This document shows, one piece after another, positions 12,741 to 27,000 of a DNA stretch of 64,000 nucleotides (position 1 is its first letter; each line of letters starts with the position of its first letter). This DNA is from Octopus sinensis. Lineage: Eukaryota. Location: positions 99,696,001 through 99,760,000 of the forward strand of contig NC_042999.1 in assembly GCF_006345805.1 (NCBI RefSeq). The letters are read 5' to 3'. The notes under the pieces were generated by a model, which saw nothing but the letters and a program-made list of their open reading frames with translations, was not told the DNA's origin and searched no databases. Position numbers and translations under genes: made by a program.

Positions 12741-12966
12741 CATGCATATAATTCTGTTCCCATTACAATCATACACACATACATTCACATATATCTACAA
12801 AAATGTATGTGTGTGTACACACATATATGTATTTAAGCATTGTGTATGTATCTAGTAGTTAATCGGTGAAGTACGTTCACTGTTTATGGTTACCTGATAT
12901 CATACATGAAATTTATACAATTGTCGCTGGATCTACCTCAAGAATTCCTCAGTGTTTTCGTTATAT

Positions 12967-13017
<51 letters not shown>

Positions 13018-13019
13018 AT

Positions 13020-13561
13020 ATGTATATATGAAGTAATGGTTGTTACAACCTCAACGCGCTTGTTTCAAACAGTACAATGTTACTACTATTTTTAATCCCA
13101 GGAGGACATAACTAGTTAACGACATACTGTCTATGTTATATTGCAGGTAAATGAGCGAACAACTCCCACCCACCATTGACAGGACCAATAGACCAGCGCT
13201 GGTTTCAGGGTCTTACCCTCCCTTAGTACTGGTATGCCTGTCTGCTAGACATGACAGTCGTCCATCCCAGTTCGCAATATAAATAAGCGACATTCAGCTG
13301 CTGATCTTGCAGCAAGCAAAGCAACTAGTTCTAAAATCTCTATAAGAGATGCGAGTAGTAATTCTACTGGGACACAGATAGTGTGTCGTTATCCAACTGG
13401 AGGAGGTGTTCTTCTGAATTTCAAAAGAGTGGTAACAGTTTTCTGTACGGAACAAGTAAGTTGGGGTGGTAACAACCATTACTTTTCAATAGATTTACTA
13501 CTTGCTTCTCTTATAGAGGTTTTAGAATTAGTTACTTTGCTTGCTATATATGTGTGCGTGC

Positions 13562-13622
<61 letters not shown>

Positions 13623-14321
13623 CTGTATGTTTCTCTGTGTGTGTATTTATAATGCATTAAACATATATATGTATTCAACGTGTGCAACCGTTAATCCAGA
13701 CGCGGTTTTCTTCCTTCCATTTTTTAGCAATCTCTACCTGTTTTCTTCCGTCATTCCTTTCCGTACAGGAGCGTAGGCTTCAAACGTCAGTCTTCTATTG
13801 TTCCCTTCTTATTGCTCCCTCGTCCGTCTATGTCTTATACATATAGACATCATACACAGACGCACACACACACATACAAACACACACACACACATGCATA
13901 CACGCGCACACTTTTAAATACATATGTATGTGGATGTGCATGTGTGTGTGTGTGGTGTGTGTGTGTGTGTGTGAATAGATGTCGGTATGAATTTCTGACC
14001 ATATGCATTCAGTTGTTTTTCCAACAGAACCATTGCGTGTAAGGGAGTTAGTATTCCCCAGAAAAATGTTTGCCTGGCGTATTTATCAATCAGAATTACT
14101 GTGATACTGGACAAGGTCAGAACTTTGAATTACAAACGCAAAAGCAGTCAACTGTATATGCTCTAAGACGTTCGCTGAGCAGATTTCGCCACGAAATCCT
14201 TAATCATTTCGCCACGAAATCCTTAATCATTCGGTTTTGTGCATGCATATGTATATCTGTATATGTATGTATGTATGTATGTAGTATGTATGTATGTATG
14301 TATGTATGTATGTATGTATGA

Positions 14322-14361
<40 letters not shown>

Positions 14362-14895
14362 GAAGTAATGGTTGTTACAACCTCAACGCGCTTGTTTCAA
14401 ACAGTACAATGTTACTACTATTTTTAATCCCAGGAGGACATAACTAGTTAACGACATACTGTCTATGTTATATTGCAGGTAAATGAGCGAACAACTCCCA
14501 CCCACCATTGACAGGACCAATAGACCAGCGCTGGTTTCAGGGTCTTACCCTCCCTTAGTACTGGTATGCCTGTCTGCTAGACATGACAGTCGTCCATCCC
14601 AGTTCGCAATATATAAATAAGCGACATTCAGCTGCTGATCTTGCAGCAAGCAAAGCAACTAGTTCTAAAATCTCTATAAGAGATGCGAGTAGTAATTCTA
14701 CTGGGACACAGATAGTGTGTCGTTATCCAACTGGAGGAGGTGTTCTTCTGAATTTCAAAAGAGTGGTAACAGTTTTCTGTACGGAACAAGTAAGTTGGGG
14801 TGGTAACAACCATTACTTTTCAATAGATTTACTACTTGCTTCTCTTATAGAGGTTTTAGAATTAGTTACTTTGCTTGCTATATATGTGTGCGTGC

Positions 14896-14952
<57 letters not shown>

Positions 14953-15670
14953 CTGTATGTTTCTCTGTGTGTGTATTTATAATGCATTAAACATATATAT
15001 GTATTCAACGTGTGCAACCGTTAATCCAGACGCGGTTTTCTTCCTTCCATTTTTTAGCAATCTCTACCTGTTTTCTTCCGTCATTCCTTTCCGTACAGGA
15101 GCGTAGGCTTCAAACGTCAGTCTTCTATTGTTCCCTTCTTATTGCTCCCTCGTCCGTCTATGTCTTATACATATAGACATCATACACAGACGCACACACA
15201 CACATACAAACACACACACACATGCATACACGCGCACACTTTTAAATACATATGTATGTGGATGTGCATGTGTGTGTGTGTGTGTGTGTGTGAATAGATG
15301 TCGGTATGAATTTCTGACCATATGCATTCAGTTGTTTTTCCAACAGAACCATTGCGTGTAAGGGAGTTAGTATTCCCCAGAAAAATGTTTGCCTGGCGTA
15401 TTTATCAATCAGAATTACTGTGATACTGGACAAGGTCAGAACTTTGAATTACAAACGCAAAAGCAGTCAACTGTATATGCTCTAAGACGTTCGCTGAGCA
15501 GATTTCGCCACGAAATCCTTAATCATTTCGCCACGAAATCCTTAATCATTCGGTTTTGTGCATGCATATGTATATCTGTATATGTATGTATGTATGTATG
15601 TAGTATGTATGTATGTATGTATGTATGTATGTATGTATGTATGTATGTATGTATGAGTGTGTATATATAT
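13020..15670. repeat. Tandem duplication of a ~1.33-kb unit
   Basis: TGAAGTAATGGTTG starts at 13029 and 14361 (offset 1332); the units are near-identical except for microsatellite lengths. Confidence 0.95.
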
Positions 15671-15932
15671 ATATATAAATACAAAATGGGACAAGAACGC
15701 AAAACATTCAAATAGACGATAAAAAAAACACGGACAGGTCATTTGAAGCCTCTAATCGTCAGTCAAGAACTGGATCATCCTCGCAATTTTGGCTGATTAA
15801 TCTTGTGATTGCTCCGATCTGGCCAGCCCAAGGTAAAAACTAAGCTCCGAGCATTAGATTTCTTGGGAAAAGGATCAAATGAATACGAAACAAAGACAGA
15901 AAAACGGACGATGTTACACGAATATAAATACA

Positions 15933-15966
<34 letters not shown>

Positions 15967-16980
15967 GTATGTGTGTATGTATACATACATGAATACTTAC
16001 ATGCATACTCGGATCCGAACATCAAGACCGAAGTGGAGGTGGAAGTCGATAACGTCACGGGTTCTTGTTCGTTTATTCCGTGAGGATAGGGCTTTGGAGG
16101 TACGCACTGGTGTCGATTTCTCTGGGTTGTGACGAATTTAGGACTTAGGAACATCTGGTGGGAGGATTGTGTATTGGATCATTCTATAAATAATGCAGTT
16201 TCTGTTATACTTCTGTTATTTTTCAAAATTTACATAAACAAACTTCTTTTTTAACCTAAAATATACTCCCCTTCGTTTTCTACAATGTTATTCCATGGGT
16301 AGGTATATAGATAGGTGGGTTCGTAGGTAAGTAGGATATTCCCACTTTCCTGCCTTTCAAAACATTCCTATCATACTAACATTGTACCCTACGTCACGGT
16401 ACATGTATCTTTATTCACAACGTCACTTAAACGAGTCTCTATGTGGTTGATCGATGCAGTGAGATTAAAAGTCGAATCTCCCTCTATTATTATCCTTTTA
16501 GAAAGTTTCTCGAATAATTCTATTTTGACCAGATGTCACCCTCGGGATTCAATTTCTTCTAAAATCATGTTCGTTAATTTTTGTTTTGATGGTTGATGGT
16601 TTCCTTGTTGTTTCGTACAGGGACCCTATATGTACCTTTCTATTCCATACAGCACCACCTGATTTCATTTTATTTAAGGCTAGTACTGTGAATTGTTAGA
16701 GGTAGAGTCTTGTTTAGTAGCAAGTAGATACACTCCCTTCCAGACTTCTCAGCTCGAGTCCCACATAGGTCGACTCTGCTTCCTATCCTTCCAGAGTCGA
16801 TAAAATAATCGAGCCGGTCAAATACTGGGTATGAATCTAATAGACTTTGCTCGCTCCCAAAATGTGTGGCCGTGTGCCTCTATTAAATCTTGTAATTAGA
16901 GAGCAGTGTATTGTGAAGTCGAGTAGAACGTCAAATAACATGCATTATGCGATTTAGCTGCGTTCTTTACGTTGAGAATT

Positions 16981-17132
16981 CAAATACCTATTTCTTTATT
17001 ACCCACAAGGGGCTAAACACAGAGGGGACAAACAAGGACAGACATAGGTATTAAGTCAATTACATCGACCCCAGTGCGTAACTGGTACTTAATTTATCGA
17101 CCCCGAAAGGATGAAAGGCAAAGTCGACCTCG
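16981..17132 (-). mobile_element. Nin/Deu-core SINE 3' part
   Basis: Contains ATCGACCCCGAAAGGATGAAAGGCAAAGTCGACCTC and a tail near-identical to 22465-22620. Confidence 0.8.
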
Positions 17133-18432
17133 CGAGTTCACGCTTGATATTCATCCTCCAAGGGTCGTAAAACGAGAACCAGTCAAACACTAAGGTTGTT
17201 GATGTAACTGACTGCCTCATTTCCTCTAATATTTTGATGATATTAAATCATAGACAACGCTTCTCCTCGTGTTTTGGCTTTCTTTTATGAAAGAAATAAT
17301 TATATCCAAAGCTAAATGTAGCTTGCTAATTTTATCATTATACGTACAAACAATATCAAGTTGTTGTGTGCTGGCTGACTTGCCTTATAATGTCATAAGT
17401 CACTTCAAGATTAAACTGACTTTAAGGCAGTCGTTGTAAAGACAATCTATGAGTGGTTTTGGTATTTTTACATCATCCCGAGAACACTTGTTTGTTTAAG
17501 AAGCAATGACTTCAATAATTCGCTGAAGTACACAACCACATTAATAGCTTCTTGAAAATATCATTGTCAAATTTAAATTCTGACATTTCCAACACGTTTC
17601 TTCATTTGTATTTCCTCACTGTTCTATTTATTATAAACTTACTCGTTATATTAAAGAAACCAACAATCTGGTTTCGAACGTGGATTCTGCATTTACCTGT
17701 TCTGCTTTGACATAGTAATAGTCGATATAATGTAATAAGTATTCCGTTGCAAGTACCTAGCTATCTACGTAGTTCACACATCTCTCACCACTATTTGCGC
17801 AGGGAAATAATTGGTATGATTCTCGTAAATATTTCTTTTCTTCACGTTCCGCCACAGAAGCAAATCCGATATTATTGAATTCCTTGTTGTGCGTAACCAT
17901 TGCAAATCTTTAAGTAGAGATTAAATACTTTCAGTAATAAGTTTAAACATAAATCCTTTTATCAATTTTTTCGCACTTGTCTTTAACGCTTTCACACTGA
18001 TTCTAAAGTGTTCCACATTTTAAAATTACTTTAGCAGATTCTCATCACTTACCATATGAGAAGCGGAGTTTATATTCTTTAAATAACTAACACATCGTAC
18101 AAAATGCAGTTACGTAGATTTACATGTCTTATGTGCTTTTCTTATATGCAATAATTCTGTGTTCCCTGACACATATGTTCAATGTTAGTTTTAATTGTCA
18201 AATGTATACGAGTGGAACCCACGCAAAATTTAAGAAACAAAAATTTGAAGATCATCCTTAGCTAGCTTGAAAACTTTGTTTTCCATTTTCCTGGTAATGA
18301 AGCTATATTATTCGGACGTGTTTCATTATGCTAAGAATTTCCATAATAACTTCATTTTCGCTCCACAGTTTAGCTTCGTCACTCGAACACATAAAGTAAC
18401 AAGTGGAATAATAATATCGATAGATACATCAT

Positions 18433-18855
18433 AGGCTGTGTACATGAGGAGCTTGCTTCCTAAAGATATGGTCTTTGGTTCAGGCTCGCTGCGTGGAAAC
18501 TTGGGCAAGTTTCTTATACTATAGCCCCTGGTCGACCAAAGCCTGATCAGTGCATTTGTTCCATGCAAACTGGAAGAAGCTCATCACGTATATACGTATG
18601 TATATGTGTGAGTGTGTTGGTGGGGAGGGGTGCGTTTGCTTATTTTTTGTGTTTGTCCCCATCATCAGTTGACAGTAGCTGTTGAGATTTGTTTATTCTC
18701 CGTAATATAGCTCTTCGGCAAAGTGACCAACAGAATTAATACCAGGGATTTTTTTTTTAATGTCCTAGGATCGACTTGTTCGACTAAGCCCTTAAAGGCA
18801 GTGCTGCAGCTCTGGCTCACTACAATGTCTGAAGCAAGTAAAAGATAAAAGATAC
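18433..18855 (+). mobile_element. SINE family with (C/A)CTTGGGCAAGT core, interrupted by microsatellite
   Basis: Homologous to 31378-31752 (-), 33995-34120 and 38941-39298. Confidence 0.7.
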
Positions 18856-20679
18856 ATGATTTAGCTTATTTGCCATTAAGTAATAGTTTATTGGTTAACG
18901 ACCAATTCAAAAAATCAATTTATTGAAAATGATAACTTAAAGGCTAGCATTATCAAGCAAACTGTTTCTTAAAAGGTTCACTGAGACTTCATTGTTGCTT
19001 TCTTTGTATGCACTAATATATCTCTTAAAATGTCTTGGGAATTGTGTAATTTTGTTTATAAAGAAGCAGTAAGTAAACATGTCTATGACCATGGTGTTCA
19101 CACACCCTCGCGACTATTCATATTGCTATGGTCGAGGATCAATTTGAATATGGGAAAGTTGACCGTTTTGATAGCAATGGAAGAGTTTGAGTGGCTGAGA
19201 GAAAGAGAGAGAGAGAGCAAAAAGATTCAGAGAAAGAAAATAATCGGAAGTTGTAGTGTAGTGGTGTGTGTCTTTGCACATCAGAAGGATTATGGTCTCG
19301 CATGTGTTCTGGGATGTTTGCGCCTGTAACGGGAGCAGTGTACCAGCTATGACGGCAATACACAACATACTTTATATGTGTCCAATATGCTGGAAATCGA
19401 CTAAATCTCTAACGGGCGAGTTATTTAAATATATATTGATTTTTCTCGCTTTTGTGTGCCTATTATTGCTCTTTTTCTCTGAACAACTGTTTGAAAATGA
19501 TTCCTTTTAATATGTTCCTGAAATCATACAGGCACAAAATAAGCATAATTTTATTGTCTTAATCGGTGGAAGGTCTCCGTAGGTTGCACTTTACGTGGAA
19601 TCAGCAGTTGACAGAAATAAAGCATGAAGTTATCCCCAAATCAGAAACCAGGCCTGAATACTTGCAACTGAAGGCTGCTTATTGCCAATTTTATTTGATG
19701 TCTTCATTCAGTTCTATTCTGCATTAAGTGTTGTACTCTGAAACTAGTTATAACTCTATAGTGCTAGTTGATGTTGATTTGGCTCTCATCCATTCAGTAG
19801 TTTGGTGACACTCGTGTGGATATTTCTCCAAAATTGCAATTACCTTCTCGCCGAACTTGCTTTCATATGTGTTTAATGGAAACTCTCTGGACAACCTCGT
19901 TTTTACAGAATCTGTAACTCAAAGTACCATTTCATACACTTCAGTTTCAATCAACTTAACCTTTCCTTCTAGTTCATTGTCCAGACTTTCAGCGCTACTA
20001 TATTTAGATGCATTTGTATATATATTTAGATGCATAATTGACATTCTGTGGGTATTATGCACTGTAATTCTATAAATACTCTTCAGACACACTCCATTTG
20101 TAATAGTGGTAGACAATGTTCGATTGTATTACTACGCAAGGTGTACTAAATTTCTGAACTTGGTCCTAATAGTAATATTTAATATGCATCGTAATATCAT
20201 TACTATTATTGCAATTCATAAAATATATAAATTCATCATGCACGAAATAAATCCTGTTTAGAGTTTCTGTACACTCTTTTTATAAACAATTGCTTTATTA
20301 TTCACACATTAATATGTTTCCATATCATTGTACTTTCATAGCTTACCATCATTTGTCTGTGAAGCATTTCGCTCAGAATATCAGTGCAATAAATAAATAA
20401 AAGAATGAAACATTTACGAATCTTTTTTTTTTTTTCTTTAGGTGGGTTTAGTGTATTTGATGTAAAAAAAAGCATAGTAGCATAATTGTAAATCGCCAGA
20501 CAAAATCCCTTTTCGTATTACAATTTTTTTCTTCGTTTCATGACGCAGTTACTCTGTCTTTCATCCTGTTGAATTCGTTGTATAACTGCCTATTTATATT
20601 CGAAGATCGATTCTATATACTTCATCATCAAGCTTCAGTTTATGTGCTTGTGCCAATGAGTGAAATATTTTTGTATTTT

Positions 20680-21700
20680 AACGTTCCATGTTTTCGTTAC
20701 TGACCCCTTTTTTCGAGAGTTCACTGTAAATATCGTCCCCACTGGTGCATTCATTCTCTTAATTCCAATATTCTATAAGCATTTATTTTTCACTGAATAT
20801 TAAATCTCCGATATGTATTGGAAATGTAGTTACTCATATCAAAAAGGTAGGTTTAAGTTTTCATTAATATTCAGATACACTTTTATTTAGCTATATTGTT
20901 TCTTGTTGAGTTTTAACATAATTATGTTTACCTTCTATGTCAGACTGTATAATATGTATTTAATAACGAAACTTTGTCGTTATTTTCCGTCAGTATTTTG
21001 TTTTTTGCTAGCAGGAACTAAATTTTAACAATCGGATAACCGCAATATTTTCCAGTTTACATTCTTCCTCTATCTTTGCCGTTTTGATTTCAATTTTCGT
21101 TGACCAGAGTCCATTTATATCACTTATAAGATTTATTTCATAGAAATGTTCCTCGATACATTGATGAACTTATTTTCAAATCTTTTTATTCACAGTGGTA
21201 TTTTAAATTGACTGATTACTGTGTATTTCAACTTCTAGTTGTTCGATTCTTTTAGACACTGAACGTATGCAAACAATGAAATCCCAGATGGTCGGTTCTT
21301 TAAGTAGCAATAAGTTTTCACCGACAATGTCGTAAATCACAATAACAGAAGCTCTGTTGTTATCTTATCAATTCTAATCAGATGGAACATTCCTGCAGCG
21401 GTCTTTTACAGAATAAAACATTTTCCTGAATCTTATTATAACCCTTTCAGTCCTAATAATCCTTCTGCTTAAATTTAAGAAGAATTTTTATTTATCATTT
21501 TTATTAGTTTCCTATGTTAAACATGATTGTATTGCGCATGTACTGAGGTTGCTTATTTATTTGTTTATTGCTGACGGCTTTGTTTTATCAACTTGGAATT
21601 AAATTCCCCTTCATCAATTGCCTTTTCTTCAAAGGTGTTGCATATTGATGCAGATTTTCCAGAGCAAAATAACTGAATTGCGCATGAAATATTAAGTTCT
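20680..21700 (-). mobile_element. Ancient LINE ORF2 remnant (CR1-like)
   Basis: Scattered decayed motifs in order on the minus strand: GEFNSK (GDFN-like), ILTENNDKVSLLNTYY (cf. LxTDDxEKAxLLNxYF), TSGDDIYSELSKK (cf. SPGPDGI...LK). Heavily degraded. Confidence 0.35.
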
Positions 21701-22304
21701 TTGTGTTATCATAATTTTTTTCTTTTATTGATGATATTCTAGGCAAATCTCTATTTACTACTCTAATGCGAATAACAACAGTTGAGATTTGCAGTTGTTG
21801 CTTATTTTTCCACCGACATACAAACACCGTTCTACATATTTTTTAGTTGACTTTTGGTTCTATTGTTGCTTCCTGTGATGATGTTTGTTACTATCGTCTA
21901 GGGAAAAATTTGATATTATTTCGCTCGAATAATAAGGGGTTTGATAATTGAGTTCCACATCAAAATGTAAAGATGTTAAAAATAGTGGAAACAGATTATC
22001 AATTGAGTGGGTATAATATTTAGTTAACTTTGAAGAATAATCCTCTATGACTGGGTGAACGGTTTTGTTTTTGTGTTTGCAAATATCTTCGTAAAATTTA
22101 TTCCTTCCTATTTTTATGAAAGTATCCCTCTGTGTGTATACAGTGCAGTACTGTTGTATATGTTAATTCATATATTTACAGAGGACATGCTATGATCAAT
22201 ACATGTTATTGCACTCTATACATGCATATGCACCAACATATGTAAACGCACGTATATAAACGCAAGAGCGTGAACGAAACTAATGTACACGTTGGAAAAT
22301 TATA

Positions 22305-22707
22305 ATCATTTTTACTAAAGGCACAAGGCTAGAGAGTTTGGTTGAGGAGGCCAGTCGAATAGATTGACCCCAGTATGCAACTGGTACTTAATTTATCGAC
22401 CCCGAAAGGATGAAAGGCGAAGTCGACCTCGGCAGAATTTGAAGTCAGAACGTAGCGACATACGAAATACCTATTTCCTTACTACCCACAAGGGGCTAAA
22501 CACCGAGAGCACAAACAAGGAGAGACAAACGGATTAAGTCGATTATATCGATCCCTATGCGTAACTGGTACTTATTTAATCGACCCCGAAAGGATGAAAG
22601 GCAAAGTCGACCTCGGAGGAATTTGAACTCAGAACGTAGCGGCAGACGAAATACCACTAAGCATTTCGCCCGGCGCGCTAACAATTCTGCCAGCTCGCCG
22701 CCATAAA
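22305..22707 (-). mobile_element. Dimeric/nested Nin-core SINE with 13-bp TSD
   Basis: Two tandem cores (GACCCCGAAAGGATGAAAGGC.AAGTCGACCTCGG) flanked by TTGGAAAATTATA at 22292-22304 and 22708-22720. Confidence 0.85.
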
Positions 22708-23411
22708 TTGGAAAATTATAGTTATAATGACTGACAATAATTCAGATTTGCCAACTATTTAGTCGTCATGCACACGATTTTAAAATTTCCTCATCGCGGA
22801 ACCAAAAGGGCCTAGCTAATGACGATTTCATTCCCATCTATGTCATAAGTTAAGTCAGATGAATAGCAGTAAGTAAGTCAAAGTATTTTAAATCTTTCTA
22901 AAACATTTCATTATCTATTTCTGGGTTACAGTGTGAAGAGTGTAAATGTAATGCTGTAATGTAAGTGGAGCCTGTGGGTATTTCATTTTTGTACGAAATG
23001 TTTAGTTCGTATTTTAATTCAATCATTATTTATTTTGTTTTCAATGGGACTGTAGTTTGAGATACCTAGAAGGGATGGAATTTAGTTACATGATACAGTA
23101 GCAGTAAAGAGAGCTGCCTGTAAAAGTTAGTGGTAGAGCAATTAAGTATTATATATAGCATTTGAAATATATTTTAGGAACAGAAACACAGTATGGATGG
23201 TGAGAATTTAAAATATGGAGTAACCGGGAAGGTTAAGATGGAAAAGTGTGACCACTGGTATATTCTAAAGAGGACATTACTCTAGTAAGATATAGATGGA
23301 ATAAAGAATGATGGATTTTAGATTACTTCCTATAAGGCTACCTTATAAGTGAAGTCTACAATTTTCTTCTATACATGAATGCTAGCAATTCAAGAATACC
23401 AAATGGATATG

Positions 23412-23706
23412 GTGGAGGCGCAATGGCCCAGTGGTTAGAGCAGCGGACTCGCAGTCGGAAGGTCGTGGTTTCGATTCTCAGGCCGGGCGTTGTGTGTGTT
23501 TATTGAGCGAAAACACGAGGCTCCAGCAGGGGGTGGTGGCGACCCCCGTTGTACTCTTTCCCCACAACTTTCTCTCACTCTCTCTTCCTATTTCTTGAGT
23601 AACGCTGTGATGGACTGGCGTCCCGTCCAGCTGGGGCGGGGGACATATACGCCACGGAAACTGGGAAATCGGGTCCATGAACCTGGCTAGGCTTGAAAAC
23701 GGCGAC
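23412..23706 (+). mobile_element. Full-length tRNA-derived SINE with 11-bp TSD
   Basis: A-box TGGCCCAGTGG, B-box GGTTTCGATTCT; TSD AAATGGATATG at 23401-23411 and 23710-23720. Confidence 0.9.
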
Positions 23707-23849
23707 AAAAAATGGATATGATATCTCATAGTGATGATTACAATGGTAACTGAACCTCTGAATGGAATTTTTTCTCTGCACTGGTTGGTAAAATTTATGA
23801 TTGCTTTTGCTACATTTCTTTCTTTCCTTACTTTCGTACTTTTGAAATT

Positions 23850-24030
23850 TGAAATATTGTTTGGTATTTTTAACTCCCTTACCAATTTTCATATTAGTGT
23901 CTTAGTCGTTCGTAGTTGCTATCGTGCTACAGTTGGTACACATTCTCCAATGACTTCACGAAATCTCCTTCGATTCCCTCCAGTCCTCTGAGTATATCTT
24001 TAATTTCCACGGAATCAAAAGCTTTTTCAA
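23850..24030 (-). mobile_element. RTE-like LINE reverse transcriptase fragment
   Basis: FEKAFDSVEIKDILRGLEGIEGDFVKSLENVY and MKIGKGVK, i.e. RT domain 3 (D.EKAFDSVE) and the start of domain 4. Confidence 0.7.
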
Positions 24031-27000
24031 ATGATAATGATGATGATGATAATAACAACAATAATAATAATAATAATAACAATAATAATAATAATAAAAT
24101 ACGGGAAATACAGAAAGCAACAGTATAAGTCAATGCATTACGAAGTGAGAAAAGGAAGAAGCTTATTTTTTATGCTTAGAACTGAAGTACCCAGACATTG
24201 AAACCTCTATTGCAAACTTGGATTGAAGTGATTACAGGTTGATATGGTTGGATGTTAAGATTTTCGTAATGATAATGATAAAGTTATTTATCCTTATATG
24301 CTATTTTGGTGCAATGCCATCTTTGTCTATGCTTGCGTTGTTGCTTTTTCCAATTTATCAGTGTTGTCTACATCTACAGTAATACTCGTCTCAATTACTT
24401 TTATTCTATGAGAAAGATCCATAGGAAAGTCTGTTGCGCTTATCTTGATAACACACTACAGCTTAAACAATTCTGGAAGATTCTGAAGCTTTTTCATATT
24501 CTTCAAATATCTGTTTCCCAAATAGCTTATTCTTCCTTCACATTTAGTCCGAAATTTACGCTTATGATATACAAGTTTTCTTATATTTATATATAGAAAT
24601 TTCAAGAACTCATATAGAAATTTAAACAACTCTCTTAAATATAGAACTGAACTCATATTTTGTTGATGCAACTTGTAATATTGCTGGTAATAGTCGAACT
24701 GAGGGAGCATTTTTTCCACAATCTGACAATGAAAAGTTAGCTATTAACCTGACAGATAGCTCATAAAAATAACACTGGCATCCTTGATGGTGCATTTCAA
24801 TCAACTTAATCGTTGTCATAAAACTTGTAATGTTAAATGATTGAAACATGAATACGTAAACTTAAGTGTATTTTCCAACTACAGAAAATTCATAAATCGA
24901 AATGGGAAATCCCATAGATATGTATAATGTATTATGAAACCGCTAGCCATAATATGGTGATAAAGTATTCATAATTTTACCTATCTTTTTAACTAACACA
25001 TTATGAACTAACATCTTGGTCTCAGGATATTTTTCTTGGAAGTAGAAATTATTCAAATCACTTATCTGTATTCGAATAAAGTTGCAAATTTCTTCTTATG
25101 CCAAATAATATTATTACTTCAAACAAAACAAAACAATGTGATATCCTTTTTTATTAGGTTTATTCTCAATAACTCCTAGAGTCAAAGATGCGTGCATCCC
25201 GCTAGATAATTGTCGCGAAGAATCTACAGGAATTTTCTTGAAAAGCCCTGTAAAAGGTGGTTACAATTATCATCCGCAGACTGGCATCAAATCTACAATA
25301 GAAAAAATGGTTTCAGAACCTCGTGAAATTATCTTCAATCAAGAAATCCAAAGAGACTTCAGGACATAAGATATTATCCCAAAACTTTTATTTCTTTTTG
25401 TCCGGAATTTCAGAAGAATTACTGTAAAATATGTGGTAAGATTCTGACAATAATTATCATCTGATATTGCTTTGTGTTTGAAGCCATTTCATTCTTTCTT
25501 TCATGTTTACTTTACAGGTAAAAGAATCCCATACAAATTTTTATCTGCAAAGTAAAAGAACGAATGTAGACATATTTTCTTACCTTACCTGTACCTTCAA
25601 TAGAGCATAACATCCGTTTCGTGTTTGTATTAGATCAACTTTTAACTTCAAATTATAATTACCACCTGCAAGATCTTATCATTGTCATTCCTATTTGTAC
25701 AAACACCTTTTATTCTTCAAAAATTAAGCGTTTGGTATATATGCTTGCCTCAATATCTTTACTGGAATTCTATAAGGCTAACAATAAATGAAAGTTTATT
25801 TGAGAATAAACTTTTAAAGCATATTGTATTTTGTACCAATGGAACATGATAGCATCTCAAGAATCAATACGAATGCTATTACCAATATTTTGATTTTACG
25901 AATGAATATTACCACAAGGATTGTTCTCGACACATCAAACAGAAGTGGGCTTTCTAATATTCCGTATGAATGTATTATAGCGAGGTTATTTCCGTTCACA
26001 AGTGCATGTAAAATGTGAGGATGTGTTTATAACCTGTTAGATCTTGTAAGCGAGTTCAACACGGTAGATTTTAATCGTATATGGATTTTGTATTTTGTGA
26101 ATTGCAAAATGTACTAAAAAGTGAAGAAAATATGTTTTCCTGTGGTTTTATAGAGGTTTACAGTTTTTCACGTTGAAGAGGATGTCCAAGCAAGGTGCAG
26201 TAGAATCTCGTTGTGTCATTAAGGAAAATAATTTATATGTTTAGTGCTCACAATTATGAAAATGGCTAAAAGTTAATTTGTTGTCTGCAGAAAACAGAGA
26301 TGCGCGGAGGATTGTATGGAGAGGAACATTTTCCCTCTGTACATCGAAGGCATAACTAAAAAGCTGCTGTTAGTGTTATTGAGATGATCTATGAGTTCAG
26401 ATCAACTATGATAGATCATAGTATAGACAAACTGATCATCCAGTCTTTTTTTCAAATAGTATATTTAATATTAGATTAGTCACTAGCATGTTTTTTTTTT
26501 CTGTGAAATTTGGCTGCAATTTTCAGTCGGTTGATTGGCCATGAAGGAGATCACCTCTTTAATACGTTGTTGTTGACGATGATGTTGTCGTTCTTGTTGC
26601 ATTATGGTGTTTGTTGGACATCTATTTCAAGTAGATGTGAAGTTTAGATGGAAGTAATATAATATACAGTCATACGATAAATGTTTGAATTCAGTTTCAG
26701 AGATATCCGTGGATTTTGTTTTGTTTTTGTTTTATTACTTGTAAGTAATTGCTATCATGGCAAGTCTGGACAGATTGCAACTACAGGTTTTTATATGATT
26801 GGGTTATTAAGAGTATTAATTCTCACATCAAAATGGGACTATTTTCTGATATGCGTTAGAAACTCAGCATTTTCAATTTGAAGAAATAAGGAATATATTA
26901 TTACCATCTTTATGCATCAAATGTAATTTGGGAATATTTTGTAGTATTATGTATAAGAAATGACATCTTTGAACATAATGTCAAAGAATAAAATTTCTTG

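Noticed and set aside
14183-14231. 23-bp direct repeat ATTTCGCCACGAAATCCTTAATC x2 (CRISPR-like length)
   Set aside because: Two adjacent copies without spacers in eukaryotic DNA; a simple slippage duplication.
15730-15770. CTGACGA on the minus strand suggesting a hammerhead
   Set aside because: No GAAA core or consistent stem I/III in this copy.
19700-20100. YTNA...SLDNELE..LIETEVYEMV, similar to a LINE endonuclease N-terminus
   Set aside because: The similarity is too weak to support without a profile search.
24300-26300. Coding-like unique sequence with apparent splice signals
   Set aside because: Frames are short and interrupted; faint RT-like motifs suggest ancient LINE debris on both strands, too degraded to call.
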